A stretch of 64,000 nt of DNA from Actinomycetota bacterium (GTDB lineage Bacteria; Actinomycetota; UBA4738; JBJMLN01): contig JBJMLN010000135.1 of NCBI GenBank assembly GCA_045805285.1, positions 5,656 through 69,655 on the forward strand. The letters are read 5' to 3'. Positions 1 to 7,157 of this stretch are shown here, piece after piece; the stretch's first letter is position 1; every line of letters begins with the position of its first letter. The notes under the pieces were generated by a model. The model was not told the origin of the DNA. It did not search any database and worked only from the letters and a program-made list of their open reading frames with translations. Both the position numbers and the translations under genes were made by a program.

Positions 1-15
1 CCGATCGAAGCCGGG

Positions 16-810
16 CTACGCCTCCATGCGGGCGCCGGCGAGCGCGGTCGCGCAAGGGCACGCGCGCTCCTCCGGCAGCGCCGGCACGAGTGTGAACAGC
101 AGATCACGCAGCCGTGCGTTGTTCGCACCGAAGACGCGAACGACGTCCTCGTGCGTTACGGGCGGCGCTCCCTCGACACCGACGTCGTAGTCGGTGATGA
201 GCGAGACGTTCGCGTAGCAGATCTCCAGCTCCCGGGCGAGGAGCGCCTCCGGATATCCGGTCATGTTGATCGTCCGCCACCCGAGACCCGAGAACCACGC
301 CGACTCCGCGCGCGTGGAGAAGCGCGGTCCCTCGATCACGACCATCGTGCCGCCGTCGTGCATCGTGATGCCGAGTTCGCGGCCCTCCTCGAGCGCGACG
401 CTTCGCATCGTCGGGCAGTACGGGTCGGCGAAGGAGATGTGGGTCGTCTCGGGCCCGTCGTAGAAGGTGTGCGGGCGCGTGCGAGTGCGGTCCACGAGCT
501 GGTCGCAGACGACGAAGTCTCCGAGCTCCACGTCAGTCTGCAGCGAACCGGCGGCGCACGGTCCGAGGATCCGCTCCACTCCCAGCTCCTTCATCGCCCA
601 CAGGTTCGCGCGGTACGGGATCCGGTGTGGTGGAAGCTCGTGCTTTCGCCCGTGCCGCGGAAGGAAAGCGACCTCGACGCCACCGACGTCTCCGACGTGC
701 AGCGGGGCGGAGGGATCTCCGTACGGCGTCTCGACGGCGACCTCCTCCACGTCGTCGAGAAACGAGTAGAAGCCGGAGCCTCCGAATATCCCGACGCGGG
801 CGGAGGTCAG
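16..810 (-). CDS. mtnP: S-methyl-5'-thioadenosine phosphorylase (MTAP). The region homologous to the conserved MTAP N-terminus begins at codon VGIFGGSGFY, but no in-frame ATG/GTG/TTG lies upstream. The only candidate start is a CTG at 808-810, which forms a CTGA overlap with the stop codon of the upstream gene.
   Basis: The C-terminal 259 aa of track ORF 16..2574(-) match MTAP motifs: GGSGFY, PYGDPSAP, FLPRHG, YRANLWA, GPRFSTRAES, NMTGYPEA and CYA..TDYD. Confidence 0.8.
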   Translation of the reverse strand: MTSARVGIFGGSGFYSFLDDVEEVAVETPYGDPSAPLHVGDVGGVEVAFLPRHGRKHELPPHRIPYRANLWAMKELGVERILGPCAAGSLQTDVELGDFVVCDQLVDRTRTRPHTFYDGPETTHISFADPYCPTMRSVALEEGRELGITMHDGGTMVVIEGPRFSTRAESAWFSGLGWRTINMTGYPEALLARELEICYANVSLITDYDVGVEGAPPVTHEDVVRVFGANNARLRDLLFTLVPALPEERACPCATALAGARMEA

Positions 811-1265
811 GCCGAACGCTCCTTGGCGCTCCCGGAGGAAGACGAAGGCGAGCTGTCTTTGCTTCCCGAGCCGGAGCTGCCCGAGCCGGAGTTGCCCGAG
901 CCGGAGTTGCCCGAGCCGGAGCTTCCCGAGCCGGAGCTTCCCGAGCCGGAGCTTCCCGAGCCGGAGCTTCCGGAGCCGTCCGAGGAGGACTTCCCGCTGC
1001 CGGAGTCCGACTTCTTCTCGGATGACGACGACTTCTCCGAGCTCGAGCCGTCGCTGCTCTTCTTCGAACCGCCCTCGCCGGAGGACTTCGACCGGTTGTC
1101 GGTCGAGTAGAACCCGGAGCCCTTGAACAGGATGCCCGCGGGATGGAACACCTTCCGCAGCGGTCCGCCGCAGACGCCGCACTCGGTGAGTGGCTCGTCC
1201 GACACCCGCTGGAACACCTCGACGTGCTGGCCGCACTTGGTGCACGCGTACTCGTAGGTAGGCAC
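807..1265 (-). CDS. FmdB-family zinc-ribbon protein (two CxxC pairs) with a GTG start. It carries a ~90-aa Ser/Gly-rich low-complexity C-terminal tail.
   Basis: Track ORF 807..1535(-) contains VPTYEYACTKCGQHVEVFQRVSDEPLTECGVCGGPLRKVFHPAGILFKGSGFYSTD, the FmdB regulatory zinc-ribbon signature. The tail is (SGSGS)n, encoded by 15-bp tandem repeats. Confidence 0.7.
   Translation of the reverse strand: MPTYEYACTKCGQHVEVFQRVSDEPLTECGVCGGPLRKVFHPAGILFKGSGFYSTDNRSKSSGEGGSKKSSDGSSSEKSSSSEKKSDSGSGKSSSDGSGSSGSGSSGSGSSGSGSSGSGNSGSGNSGSGSSGSGSKDSSPSSSSGSAKERSA
861..978. repeat. About eight tandem copies of a 15-bp unit (cccgagccggagntg). The repeat encodes the Ser/Gly tail of the FmdB-like protein on the minus strand.
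   Basis: Direct reading of the sequence: gagctgcccgagccg gagttgcccgagccg ... gagcttccggagccg. Confidence 0.85.
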
Positions 1266-1356
1266 GAATGAGATTGTAGCTACCGTCCCGTGCGTATGGG
1301 CCCGAGAACTCCGGGACGATAGACTTCCCGTCCCCCCACCCGTGAGGGAGCGCACC

Positions 1357-2235
1357 ATGAAGGTCAAGAAGGCCATCGTTCCCGCGGCCGGCCTCGGCAC
1401 CCGATTCCTTCCCGCGACCAAGGCGCAGCCGAAAGAGATGCTCGCGATCGTCGACAAACCGGCGATCCAGTACGTGGTGGAGGAGGCCGTCGGCGTCGGC
1501 ATCAACGACCTCCTGATCATCTCCGGACGCGGCAAGCGAACGATCGAGGACCACTTCGACCGCTCCTTCGAGCTCGAGTACTACCTCGAGAACAAGGGCA
1601 AGTTCGACGAGCTGAAGGAGGTCCGCGAGATCTCCGAGATGGCGTCGATCCATTACATCCGTCAGCGCGATCCGCTCGGCCTCGGGCACGCCGTGCTGAT
1701 CGCAGAGCAGCACGTCGGCAACGAACCGTTCGCGTGTCTCCTCGGCGACGACCTGATCGCGGAGGACACGCCGCTGCTGCAGGAGATGCTCGCCGTCCAC
1801 GAGCGCTACGGAAGAAGCGTGGTCGCCGTCCAGGAGGTCCCCCGCCAGGACATCAACCTCTACGGTTGCATCCAGCCGGAGTGGGCGGAGGACAACCTTG
1901 CGCGCATCGTCTCGATCGTGGAGAAGCCGGAGCCGGACGAGGCGCCGTCGAACCTCGCGGTGATCGGACGCTACGTGCTGACGCCGGAGATCTTCGACGC
2001 GCTCCACCAGATCGACCCCGGCGTCGGCGGAGAGCTCCAGCTCACCGACGCGATCAACGTCCTCGCGCGGGAGCAGGCGGTGTACGCGTACGTGTTCGAG
2101 GGGGGACGCTTCGACATCGGGAACAAGCTCGATTACCTCAAGGCGACCGTGGAGCTCGCACAGCGGCGCGAGGACATGGGCGAAGAGTTCGGGCAGTTCC
2201 TGTCCGACTTCGTCCAGCGCAAACGACTCGTCTAG
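1357..2235 (+). CDS. galU: UTP--glucose-1-phosphate uridylyltransferase.
   Basis: MKVKKAIVPAAGLGTRFLPATKAQPKEMLAIVDKPAIQYVVEEA carries the nucleotidyltransferase G-x-G-T-R motif. The ATG is at 1357 within track ORF 1342..2235. Confidence 0.9.
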   Translation: MKVKKAIVPAAGLGTRFLPATKAQPKEMLAIVDKPAIQYVVEEAVGVGINDLLIISGRGKRTIEDHFDRSFELEYYLENKGKFDELKEVREISEMASIHYIRQRDPLGLGHAVLIAEQHVGNEPFACLLGDDLIAEDTPLLQEMLAVHERYGRSVVAVQEVPRQDINLYGCIQPEWAEDNLARIVSIVEKPEPDEAPSNLAVIGRYVLTPEIFDALHQIDPGVGGELQLTDAINVLAREQAVYAYVFEGGRFDIGNKLDYLKATVELAQRREDMGEEFGQFLSDFVQRKRLV

Positions 2236-2249
2236 GTAGACTGCGCCCC

Positions 2250-3509
2250 ATGGCGCACTCCGCACCGCCCGAGACCGAGCAGCCGGGCGCCGAAGGACTC
2301 CTCTCCGTCGCGCAGGCGCGAGAGCGTGTCCTGCAACGGATCCAACCGCTCGCGCCGATCGCGCTGCCGCTGCAGGAAACTTTCGGCTGCACGCTCGCGG
2401 AGGACATGTTCGCGGAGGGAGACCTTCCGCCGTTCTCCTCCTCCGCGATGGACGGATTCGCGGTGCGCTCGAGCGACGTCGCGGACGCGGGTTCCGGTGG
2501 GGTGGACCTCCGCGTCGTCGGGCGCGCGTTGATCGGCCAGCGGCCGGAAGGAACGGTCGGACGCGGCGAGGCATTCCGCATCGCCACCGGCGCGCCGATC
2601 CCCGCGGGTGCCGACGCGATCGTGCCGGTCGAGAACACGGTCCCGGGCGAGGACGCCGTTCGGGTCCTCGAGTCGGTTCCGCCAGGACGGCACATCCGCC
2701 CGGTGGGAGAGGACGTCAAGGAGGGTTCCGTCCTCGTCCGCGCGGGTCGCAAGCTCGGTGCGCCGGAGATGGGGCTGCTCGCGTCGGCCGGCCACTCCCA
2801 GGTGTTGGCGAACCCGCGCCCGCGCGTGATCGTGCTCTCCACCGGCGACGAGCTGGTGGAGCCTGGCCGGGAGCCGCGCTACGGCCAGATCCCCGACTCG
2901 AACGCCTACACGTTGTTCGGAGCGCTCCGCGAAGCAGGAGCCGTTCCGTACCTCGCCGGCATCGTGCGTGACGACGTCGACCAGCTGCGGGACACGATCT
3001 TCAACCACCTCGTGCAGGCGGACGCCTTCATCTCCTCCGGGGGCGTATCGATGGGGGACCGCGACGTCGTGAAGGCCGCGTTCTTCCGGCGTGGAGATCT
3101 CGATTTCTTCCGCGTCGCGATGCAGCCCGGCATGCCGCAGGCCTTCGGGCTGATTGAGGGGAAGCCGTACTGGGGACTGCCGGGGAACCCGGTCTCCGTG
3201 TTCGCGTCGTTCGAGGTGTTCATCCGTCCCGCGCTCATGAAGATGATGAACCGCCGTGAGCTCTTCCGGCCGGAGATCACCGCGAAGCTCTCGGCCGACA
3301 TCAGCGGGCCGCGCGGAAAGACGCAGTTCGCGCGGGTGCTCGTGCGACGCACGCCGCAGGGAAGGGTGGCCGAGCCGACCGGTGGGAGCGGCTCCAACCT
3401 GATCTCCACGATCGCCAGGGCGAACGGGCTCGCGATCGTGCCGCCCGGTGTCGAGACGCTCCGCGCGGGCGCCGACTGCCGCGTGATGCTCTTCCGCCCG
3501 CCCGAATGA
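2250..3509 (+). CDS. moeA: Molybdopterin molybdotransferase MoeA.
   Basis: The 420-aa tail of track ORF 1734..3509 matches MoeA, including GGVSMGDRD and the PGNPVS C-terminal domain. The ATG is at 2250. Confidence 0.85.
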   Translation: MAHSAPPETEQPGAEGLLSVAQARERVLQRIQPLAPIALPLQETFGCTLAEDMFAEGDLPPFSSSAMDGFAVRSSDVADAGSGGVDLRVVGRALIGQRPEGTVGRGEAFRIATGAPIPAGADAIVPVENTVPGEDAVRVLESVPPGRHIRPVGEDVKEGSVLVRAGRKLGAPEMGLLASAGHSQVLANPRPRVIVLSTGDELVEPGREPRYGQIPDSNAYTLFGALREAGAVPYLAGIVRDDVDQLRDTIFNHLVQADAFISSGGVSMGDRDVVKAAFFRRGDLDFFRVAMQPGMPQAFGLIEGKPYWGLPGNPVSVFASFEVFIRPALMKMMNRRELFRPEITAKLSADISGPRGKTQFARVLVRRTPQGRVAEPTGGSGSNLISTIARANGLAIVPPGVETLRAGADCRVMLFRPPE

Positions 3510-3985
3510 CCGTTCGCGGCGCGCCGGACCCCGCACAGGAGCAGCCGGCAAGGATCGTCGAGGTCGGCGGCAAGGAGGTCACCGACCGGCTCGCCGTCGC
3601 GGAATGCACGCTCTACACGACGCCCGCGGCGGTCGCGCACCTCCTCGAGGGCACGGAGAAGGGAAAGCCGATCGAGGCGGCTCGCATCGCGGGCATCCTC
3701 GGCGTGAAGCGGACGCCCGACCTCCTTCCGTTCTGCCATCCGATTGCCGTGACGGGCGCCGAGCTCGCGATCGAGCCCGACACCGCCGCGGGACGGATCG
3801 TCGTACGTGCGACCGTCCGAGCCCGAGACCGCACGGGGGTCGAGATGGAGGCCCTCACGGGCGCCGCGGTCGCGGCCCTGTCCCTCTACGACACCGCCAA
3901 ACCGTTCGACCGGTCGGCCTCGATCGGGGATCTCCGCCTCCGGGAGAAGCGAGGCGGCAAGAGCGGCGCCTACAACGCGCCGTGA
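3506..3985 (+). CDS. moaC: Cyclic pyranopterin monophosphate synthase accessory protein MoaC.
   Basis: The 159-aa product shows the MoaC fold signature (KGKPIEAARIAGILGVKRT, ALTGAAVAALSLYD). The start overlaps the moeA stop in an ATGA arrangement. Confidence 0.85.
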   Translation: MTVRGAPDPAQEQPARIVEVGGKEVTDRLAVAECTLYTTPAAVAHLLEGTEKGKPIEAARIAGILGVKRTPDLLPFCHPIAVTGAELAIEPDTAAGRIVVRATVRARDRTGVEMEALTGAAVAALSLYDTAKPFDRSASIGDLRLREKRGGKSGAYNAP

Positions 3986-4132
3986 GGGGTCTCCGCGGGA
4001 AAGGCGATATCCGACCCGGGGCCAGCGAATTCCATGCCTGGTATTTGAGGCCCAAGATGTTGGGTGGTAGCCTCGGTTTCCAGCCCAGATGTGGCCGGAC
4101 GAGCACGTCGGGGGCACCGGAGGACATGGGCT

Positions 4133-4741
4133 GTGAGTTGGCTTTTCGTGGCTGCCTTGGGCATCCTGTGGGTGGCCTTCATGGTTCCGGCAGGACGACG
4201 AAGGCATTCCCCAGGAGCGAGCGTCGAGGGGTTCGAGCGCGACATGGAAGTGCTTGCGGAAACTGATTCGCCACGGGGGCGCTGGATCATCGCGCCGAAG
4301 AAGGCCACGCCCTTCCTCGGATCGCACAAGCGCCGGGTTGCCCGCGTGCGTGAGCGCCGCCGCCGCGTTCTCGTCTTCCTCCTCGAGAGCATCGGCATCA
4401 CGTTCCTGATCGGGGCGGTTCCGCCGCTGCGGCCGGTCTGGACGATCACGGCGCTCTTCGCAGGACTCCTGATCGCGTACGTGTTCCTGCTGCTCTCGCT
4501 CAAGAACGTCGAGCATCCGCGCGACCGCACCGTGCACGACGCGGTCGACGAGATGACGCCGTCTCCGGAGAACGCGCGGTACGCGAGCGCGCGTGGATAC
4601 GCGAGCGGGCGCCGCTACGTCGCGGAGGGCCAGAGCCGCTCCGCGCGCCCGACGTACAACGGGCTCGGAGCGCTCGACGAGGGCGATCGCGTGCACGTGG
4701 TCGTACGGTCCGCGCGCGAGTTCAACGTCGCGCGCGCCTGA
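4133..4741 (+). CDS. Hypothetical membrane protein with 3-4 predicted transmembrane segments. Start position is uncertain.
   Basis: High GC3 codon bias in this frame from the GTG at 4133. Hydrophobic helices WLFVAALGILWVAFMV, VLVFLLESIGITFLIGAV and ITALFAGLLIAYVFLLL. No family recognised. Confidence 0.4.
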   Translation: MSWLFVAALGILWVAFMVPAGRRRHSPGASVEGFERDMEVLAETDSPRGRWIIAPKKATPFLGSHKRRVARVRERRRRVLVFLLESIGITFLIGAVPPLRPVWTITALFAGLLIAYVFLLLSLKNVEHPRDRTVHDAVDEMTPSPENARYASARGYASGRRYVAEGQSRSARPTYNGLGALDEGDRVHVVVRSAREFNVARA

Positions 4742-4754
4742 CGGCCCGGCGCGC

Positions 4755-5396
4755 GTGAGCCTGGACGATCTCACCCTCGAGTTCCAGCGCCGCTTCGACG
4801 ACAAGACCGCCGCCCGGGAGCAGGCGCTGATCGCGTCGCGTTCCGCGATCCGCTCGTCGGCGAACGCGATCCGCGCCGTCCATCGCGGAGAAGCAGAGAA
4901 AGCGTCCGAGTTGATGGGCGAGGCGCGCGCCGCCCTCGATCGCGGGCTCGCCGCGGTGGAAAGGCATCAGGACGTTCGCTACGCGGGCTACCTCCAGGAC
5001 GCTCAGAAGGAGTACGCCGAGGCGCGCATCACGGCGGCCTTGGTCGCTGGCGACGAGATCCCGGACCCCGACGACGTCGGCGTCGAGCCCGCTCCCTACC
5101 TGAACGGCATGGCGGAGGCGATCGGAGAGATCCGGCGCCACATCCTCGATCTTCTCCGAGCGGGGGAGACCGAGCGCGGGGAGGAGCTCCTGACCGCGAT
5201 GGAGGACATGTACGCGGTCCTCGTCGCGATCGACTATCCGGACGCGATCACCATGCATCTGCGACGCTCCACCGACATCGCGCGAGGGATCATGGAGAAG
5301 ACGCGCGGTGACCTTTCCCTCTCGCTGGTGCAGAAGGATCTCCGCGACGCGCTGGAGCGTCACGCGGGGCGAGTGCTCGGGTCGGATGATTCCTAG
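4755..5396 (+). CDS. Translin-family (COG2178-like) all-alpha protein.
   Basis: The 214-aa product starts at an in-frame GTG. The VRYAGYLQDAQKEYAEA and YLNGMAEAIGEIRRH segments resemble the translin Y-x-G-L-Q-D/E-A motif. The family call rests on motif recall only. Confidence 0.45.
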   Translation: MSLDDLTLEFQRRFDDKTAAREQALIASRSAIRSSANAIRAVHRGEAEKASELMGEARAALDRGLAAVERHQDVRYAGYLQDAQKEYAEARITAALVAGDEIPDPDDVGVEPAPYLNGMAEAIGEIRRHILDLLRAGETERGEELLTAMEDMYAVLVAIDYPDAITMHLRRSTDIARGIMEKTRGDLSLSLVQKDLRDALERHAGRVLGSDDS

Positions 5397-5411
5397 AAGC
5401 GCGCGCTCCTC

Positions 5412-5430
5412 AGGCCTCGCAGAGGCCTCT
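5412..5430 (+). terminator. GC-rich hairpin (AGGCCTC gca GAGGCCT) downstream of the translin-like gene.
   Basis: Perfect 7-bp inverted repeat lying between the stop at 5396 and the tRNA. Confidence 0.4.
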
Positions 5431-5449
5431 GCTACCCTTCGAACTCCCG

Positions 5450-5523
5450 GGGGGTGTAGCTCAGCCCGGTAGAGCGCTGCCCTCGCACGGCAGAAGTCAG
5501 GGGTTCAAATCCCCTCACCTCCA
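5450..5523 (+). tRNA. tRNA-Ala, anticodon CGC.
   Basis: Manual fold: acceptor GGGGGTG/CACCTCC with a G3:U70 wobble (the alanine identity element). D arm GCTC-AGCCCGGTA-GAGC. Anticodon stem CTGCC/GGCAG with loop CTCGCAC. T arm AGGGG-TTCAAAT-CCCCT. Discriminator A. CCA is not encoded. Confidence 0.85.
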
Positions 5524-5981
5524 CCCGCCGTTCCAGCAGGTCGGGAGCCCGCTCCGTCGGTGTCAGGACGCGGGTCGCTTGTGCCGGTTCCGCCCGCCGC
5601 ATGCTTCTGTCGTTTGAGGTAGTCGCGCATCCGCTGTGGATAGCCGACGCGCGCGGCGTCGAGGATCGGGATCTCGCGCTCTCTAGCCAGCTCGCGGAGG
5701 TACGCGTCGTCCGAGAGCGTGAAGCGTCGATGCTCTCCGTCTCCGGCGACGAGCACCTGGGAGAGCGGGTGCATCACCGTCTTCGGTTCCACGTACGCCT
5801 CGACGCCGCTGCGCGACTCGATGTACTCCGTCATCTCGTCGCGATGCTCGTACGGCCCTTGCACACCCTTGAGTCGCCGTGACATCCGGTCGGCACGCGA
5901 CTCGAACTCGTATTTCCCTCCGGTGCCGTCGTTGCGCTGGAGGTACTTGCCGGCATCCTCGAATCGTTTGCGCCATCCCAC
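5505..5981 (-). CDS. Hypothetical protein with a Gly/Thr/Ala-rich C-terminal tail. Its last ~19 nt overlap the 3' end of tRNA-Ala on the opposite strand.
   Basis: Track ORF with a GTG start. Strong GC3 codon bias throughout. Conserved-looking core: EMTEYIESRSGVEAYVEPKTVMHPLSQVLVAGDGEHRRFTLSDDAYLRELA. Confidence 0.55.
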   Translation of the reverse strand: MGWRKRFEDAGKYLQRNDGTGGKYEFESRADRMSRRLKGVQGPYEHRDEMTEYIESRSGVEAYVEPKTVMHPLSQVLVAGDGEHRRFTLSDDAYLRELAREREIPILDAARVGYPQRMRDYLKRQKHAAGGTGTSDPRPDTDGAGSRPAGTAGGGEGI

Positions 5982-6036
5982 GACGCGGAGCGTATCCCGT
6001 AGGCAGGGCCGGGGAAAATCGGCCCCTTTGCCGGGA

Positions 6037-6753
6037 TCAGATGCGCGGAAGCACCAGCACGCCCCCGATCGCGTAAGTCATCAATACGACCGCGACCGTG
6101 TCGGCCGCGATCCGAACCCCGCGTACGCGAAAGCGTTGTGCCACCGCGATCAGGAACAGAACGGTCGCGAGGAGCACCGTCTGCCGGACGTAGCGGTCCG
6201 CTGTGCCGCGAGCCTTCGTTCCGTCCGCGAACACGTGCTCGGCTTCAGCGCTGACGCGCGCCGCCTCCTCCGTCTTCGAGTTGTGGTACTCGGGCATGTA
6301 GCTCGGTCCCGGCGGGGCCTTCGGGTCGTGGAACGGATCCGTCTTGAGCCAGGCCTCGAAGGCGACGTGGTACTCGGGGCTGAACCGTCGGATGTAGAGC
6401 GCTGCGAGCTTCTCGTCGCCCGACTGTTCCGCCTGGATCCACGTGTTGAAGGTCGAGACGTCGAGGAGCTTCTGCTGGCCGCCGAGCGTCCCGGCGGAGT
6501 CGGCCTGGACGTGCAGCCTGGAGGCCTCTCCGTACTCGAAGGCCTGATGCCCCTCCCACTTCGCTGCCTGGTAGCCGCTCCACGCCGTCGTGACGGCGAC
6601 GATCGCGAGGAGGAACACCTCCACGATCTCCAGGACCTCGACCCAACGTTCGGGCCGCCCGTCATGGTGTTCGGTCAGCTGGTGCGCGGTACCGATGTTC
6701 GGGTTCTCGGCCACGGCACCGAACTCTAGGCGGTCGAGGCGCGCGGTTCGCAC
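6037..6753 (-). CDS. Membrane protein, DUF4337-like. N-terminal transmembrane segment followed by the WSGYQAAKW motif, and a C-terminal transmembrane segment.
   Basis: Track ORF with a GTG at 6753. High GC3. Hydrophobic segments VFLLAIVAVTTAW and VLLATVLFLIAVA. Confidence 0.55.
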   Translation of the reverse strand: MRTARLDRLEFGAVAENPNIGTAHQLTEHHDGRPERWVEVLEIVEVFLLAIVAVTTAWSGYQAAKWEGHQAFEYGEASRLHVQADSAGTLGGQQKLLDVSTFNTWIQAEQSGDEKLAALYIRRFSPEYHVAFEAWLKTDPFHDPKAPPGPSYMPEYHNSKTEEAARVSAEAEHVFADGTKARGTADRYVRQTVLLATVLFLIAVAQRFRVRGVRIAADTVAVVLMTYAIGGVLVLPRI

Positions 6754-6790
6754 GGACGACCTGCGATGTGGGAGCAGGCCCGAGAACGCG

Positions 6791-6822
6791 AAGAGGGCCC
6801 GGGCAACTGCCCGGGCCCTCTT
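6791..6822 (-). terminator. Strong GC hairpin (AAGAGGGCCCGGGC aact GCCCGGGCCCTCTT) immediately 3' of the small lysine-rich ORF.
   Basis: Perfect 14-bp inverted repeat located 16 nt after the TAA at 6838. Confidence 0.6.
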
Positions 6823-6837
6823 CGGAAGCTCTGGGTC

Positions 6838-6960
6838 TTACCTGGCGTTACGCTTCTTCAAGGTCTTCTTCTTGGTCACGCGGGTGGCGGCGGTCTTCGC
6901 ATCGCTCTTCGCGGGCTTGGTCGTCGCCGGCTTCGCCGGAGCAATCTTCTTCTCTGCCAT
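6838..6960 (-). CDS. Unannotated 40-aa lysine-rich basic protein (MAEKKIAPAKPATTKPAKSDAKTAATRVTKKKTLKKRNAR). It falls below the ORF-track length cutoff.
   Basis: ATG preceded by GCAGGAGGTAGGGAA, an AGGAGG Shine-Dalgarno with 7-nt spacing. TAA stop. Followed directly by the hairpin terminator. Confidence 0.55.
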   Translation of the reverse strand: MAEKKIAPAKPATTKPAKSDAKTAATRVTKKKTLKKRNAR

Positions 6961-7063
6961 TTCCCTACCTCCTGCTCGAACGGTGAGGTCATTTTCATGA
7001 CGCGGTCGTCCCGGTGTCTGTGTTGGCCGTCACGAGCCCGGTGTGCTCTTCGTCACGCCGTGG

Positions 7064-7079
7064 ATGTGACGTACGTCAC
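7064..7079. promoter_or_regulatory. CRP/GlxR-type site TGTGAcgtacgTCACc (TGTGA-N6-TCACA, 9/10 match) containing the perfect 14-bp palindrome GTGACGTACGTCAC. It sits in the divergent region between the 40-aa ORF and the sulfite-oxidase-like gene.
   Basis: Seen directly. Flanked by further GTCAC half-sites at ~7030 and ~7052. Confidence 0.4.
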
Positions 7080-7157
7080 CCCGGAACGTCCCCAGCGGGC
7101 GATCCCTCGCGGCCACGGTTGAGGCTCGCCCGCGGTCTGGCGCATCATCCTCGAAGG

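Noticed and set aside
861-978. The tandem-repeat arrays as a possible CRISPR or other repeat-spacer locus.
   Set aside because: The units are 15 bp, are directly adjacent with no spacers, and sit inside coding frames for low-complexity protein tails. There are no cas genes.
151-1110. Plus-strand 319-aa ORF with a (PEPEL)n repeat.
   Set aside because: It is the antisense of the MTAP and fmdB-tail genes. The repeat is the same 15-bp tandem array read in another frame. There is no RBS or family support.
16-2574. 852-aa minus-strand ORF spanning MTAP, fmdB and galU.
   Set aside because: It is a composite artefact. No in-frame stop exists in the high-GC antisense of galU and fmdB. Only the C-terminal 259 aa (16-795) have MTAP homology. 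The rest is Arg/Leu-rich antisense translation, including the (GKLRL)n mirror of the 15-bp repeat.
2906-4804. 632-aa minus-strand ORF, with similar long ORFs at 7053-9017, 34055-35797, 37685-40339, 48083-49450 and 53040-55352.
   Set aside because: All are Arg/Gly/Pro-rich antisense readings across well-supported genes (moeA/moaC, sulfite oxidase/RTX, D-serine deaminase-like, sugar SBP/permease, DAO, CocE/NonD). This is the typical stop-codon scarcity of 70% GC DNA.
5524-7150. Genomic island or prophage integrated at tRNA-Ala.
   Set aside because: There is no integrase, excisionase or phage gene, and no visible direct repeat of the tRNA 3' end. Codon usage of the flanking genes looks native. 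Only the antisense overlap and hypothetical content remain; these are reported as a low-key finding.
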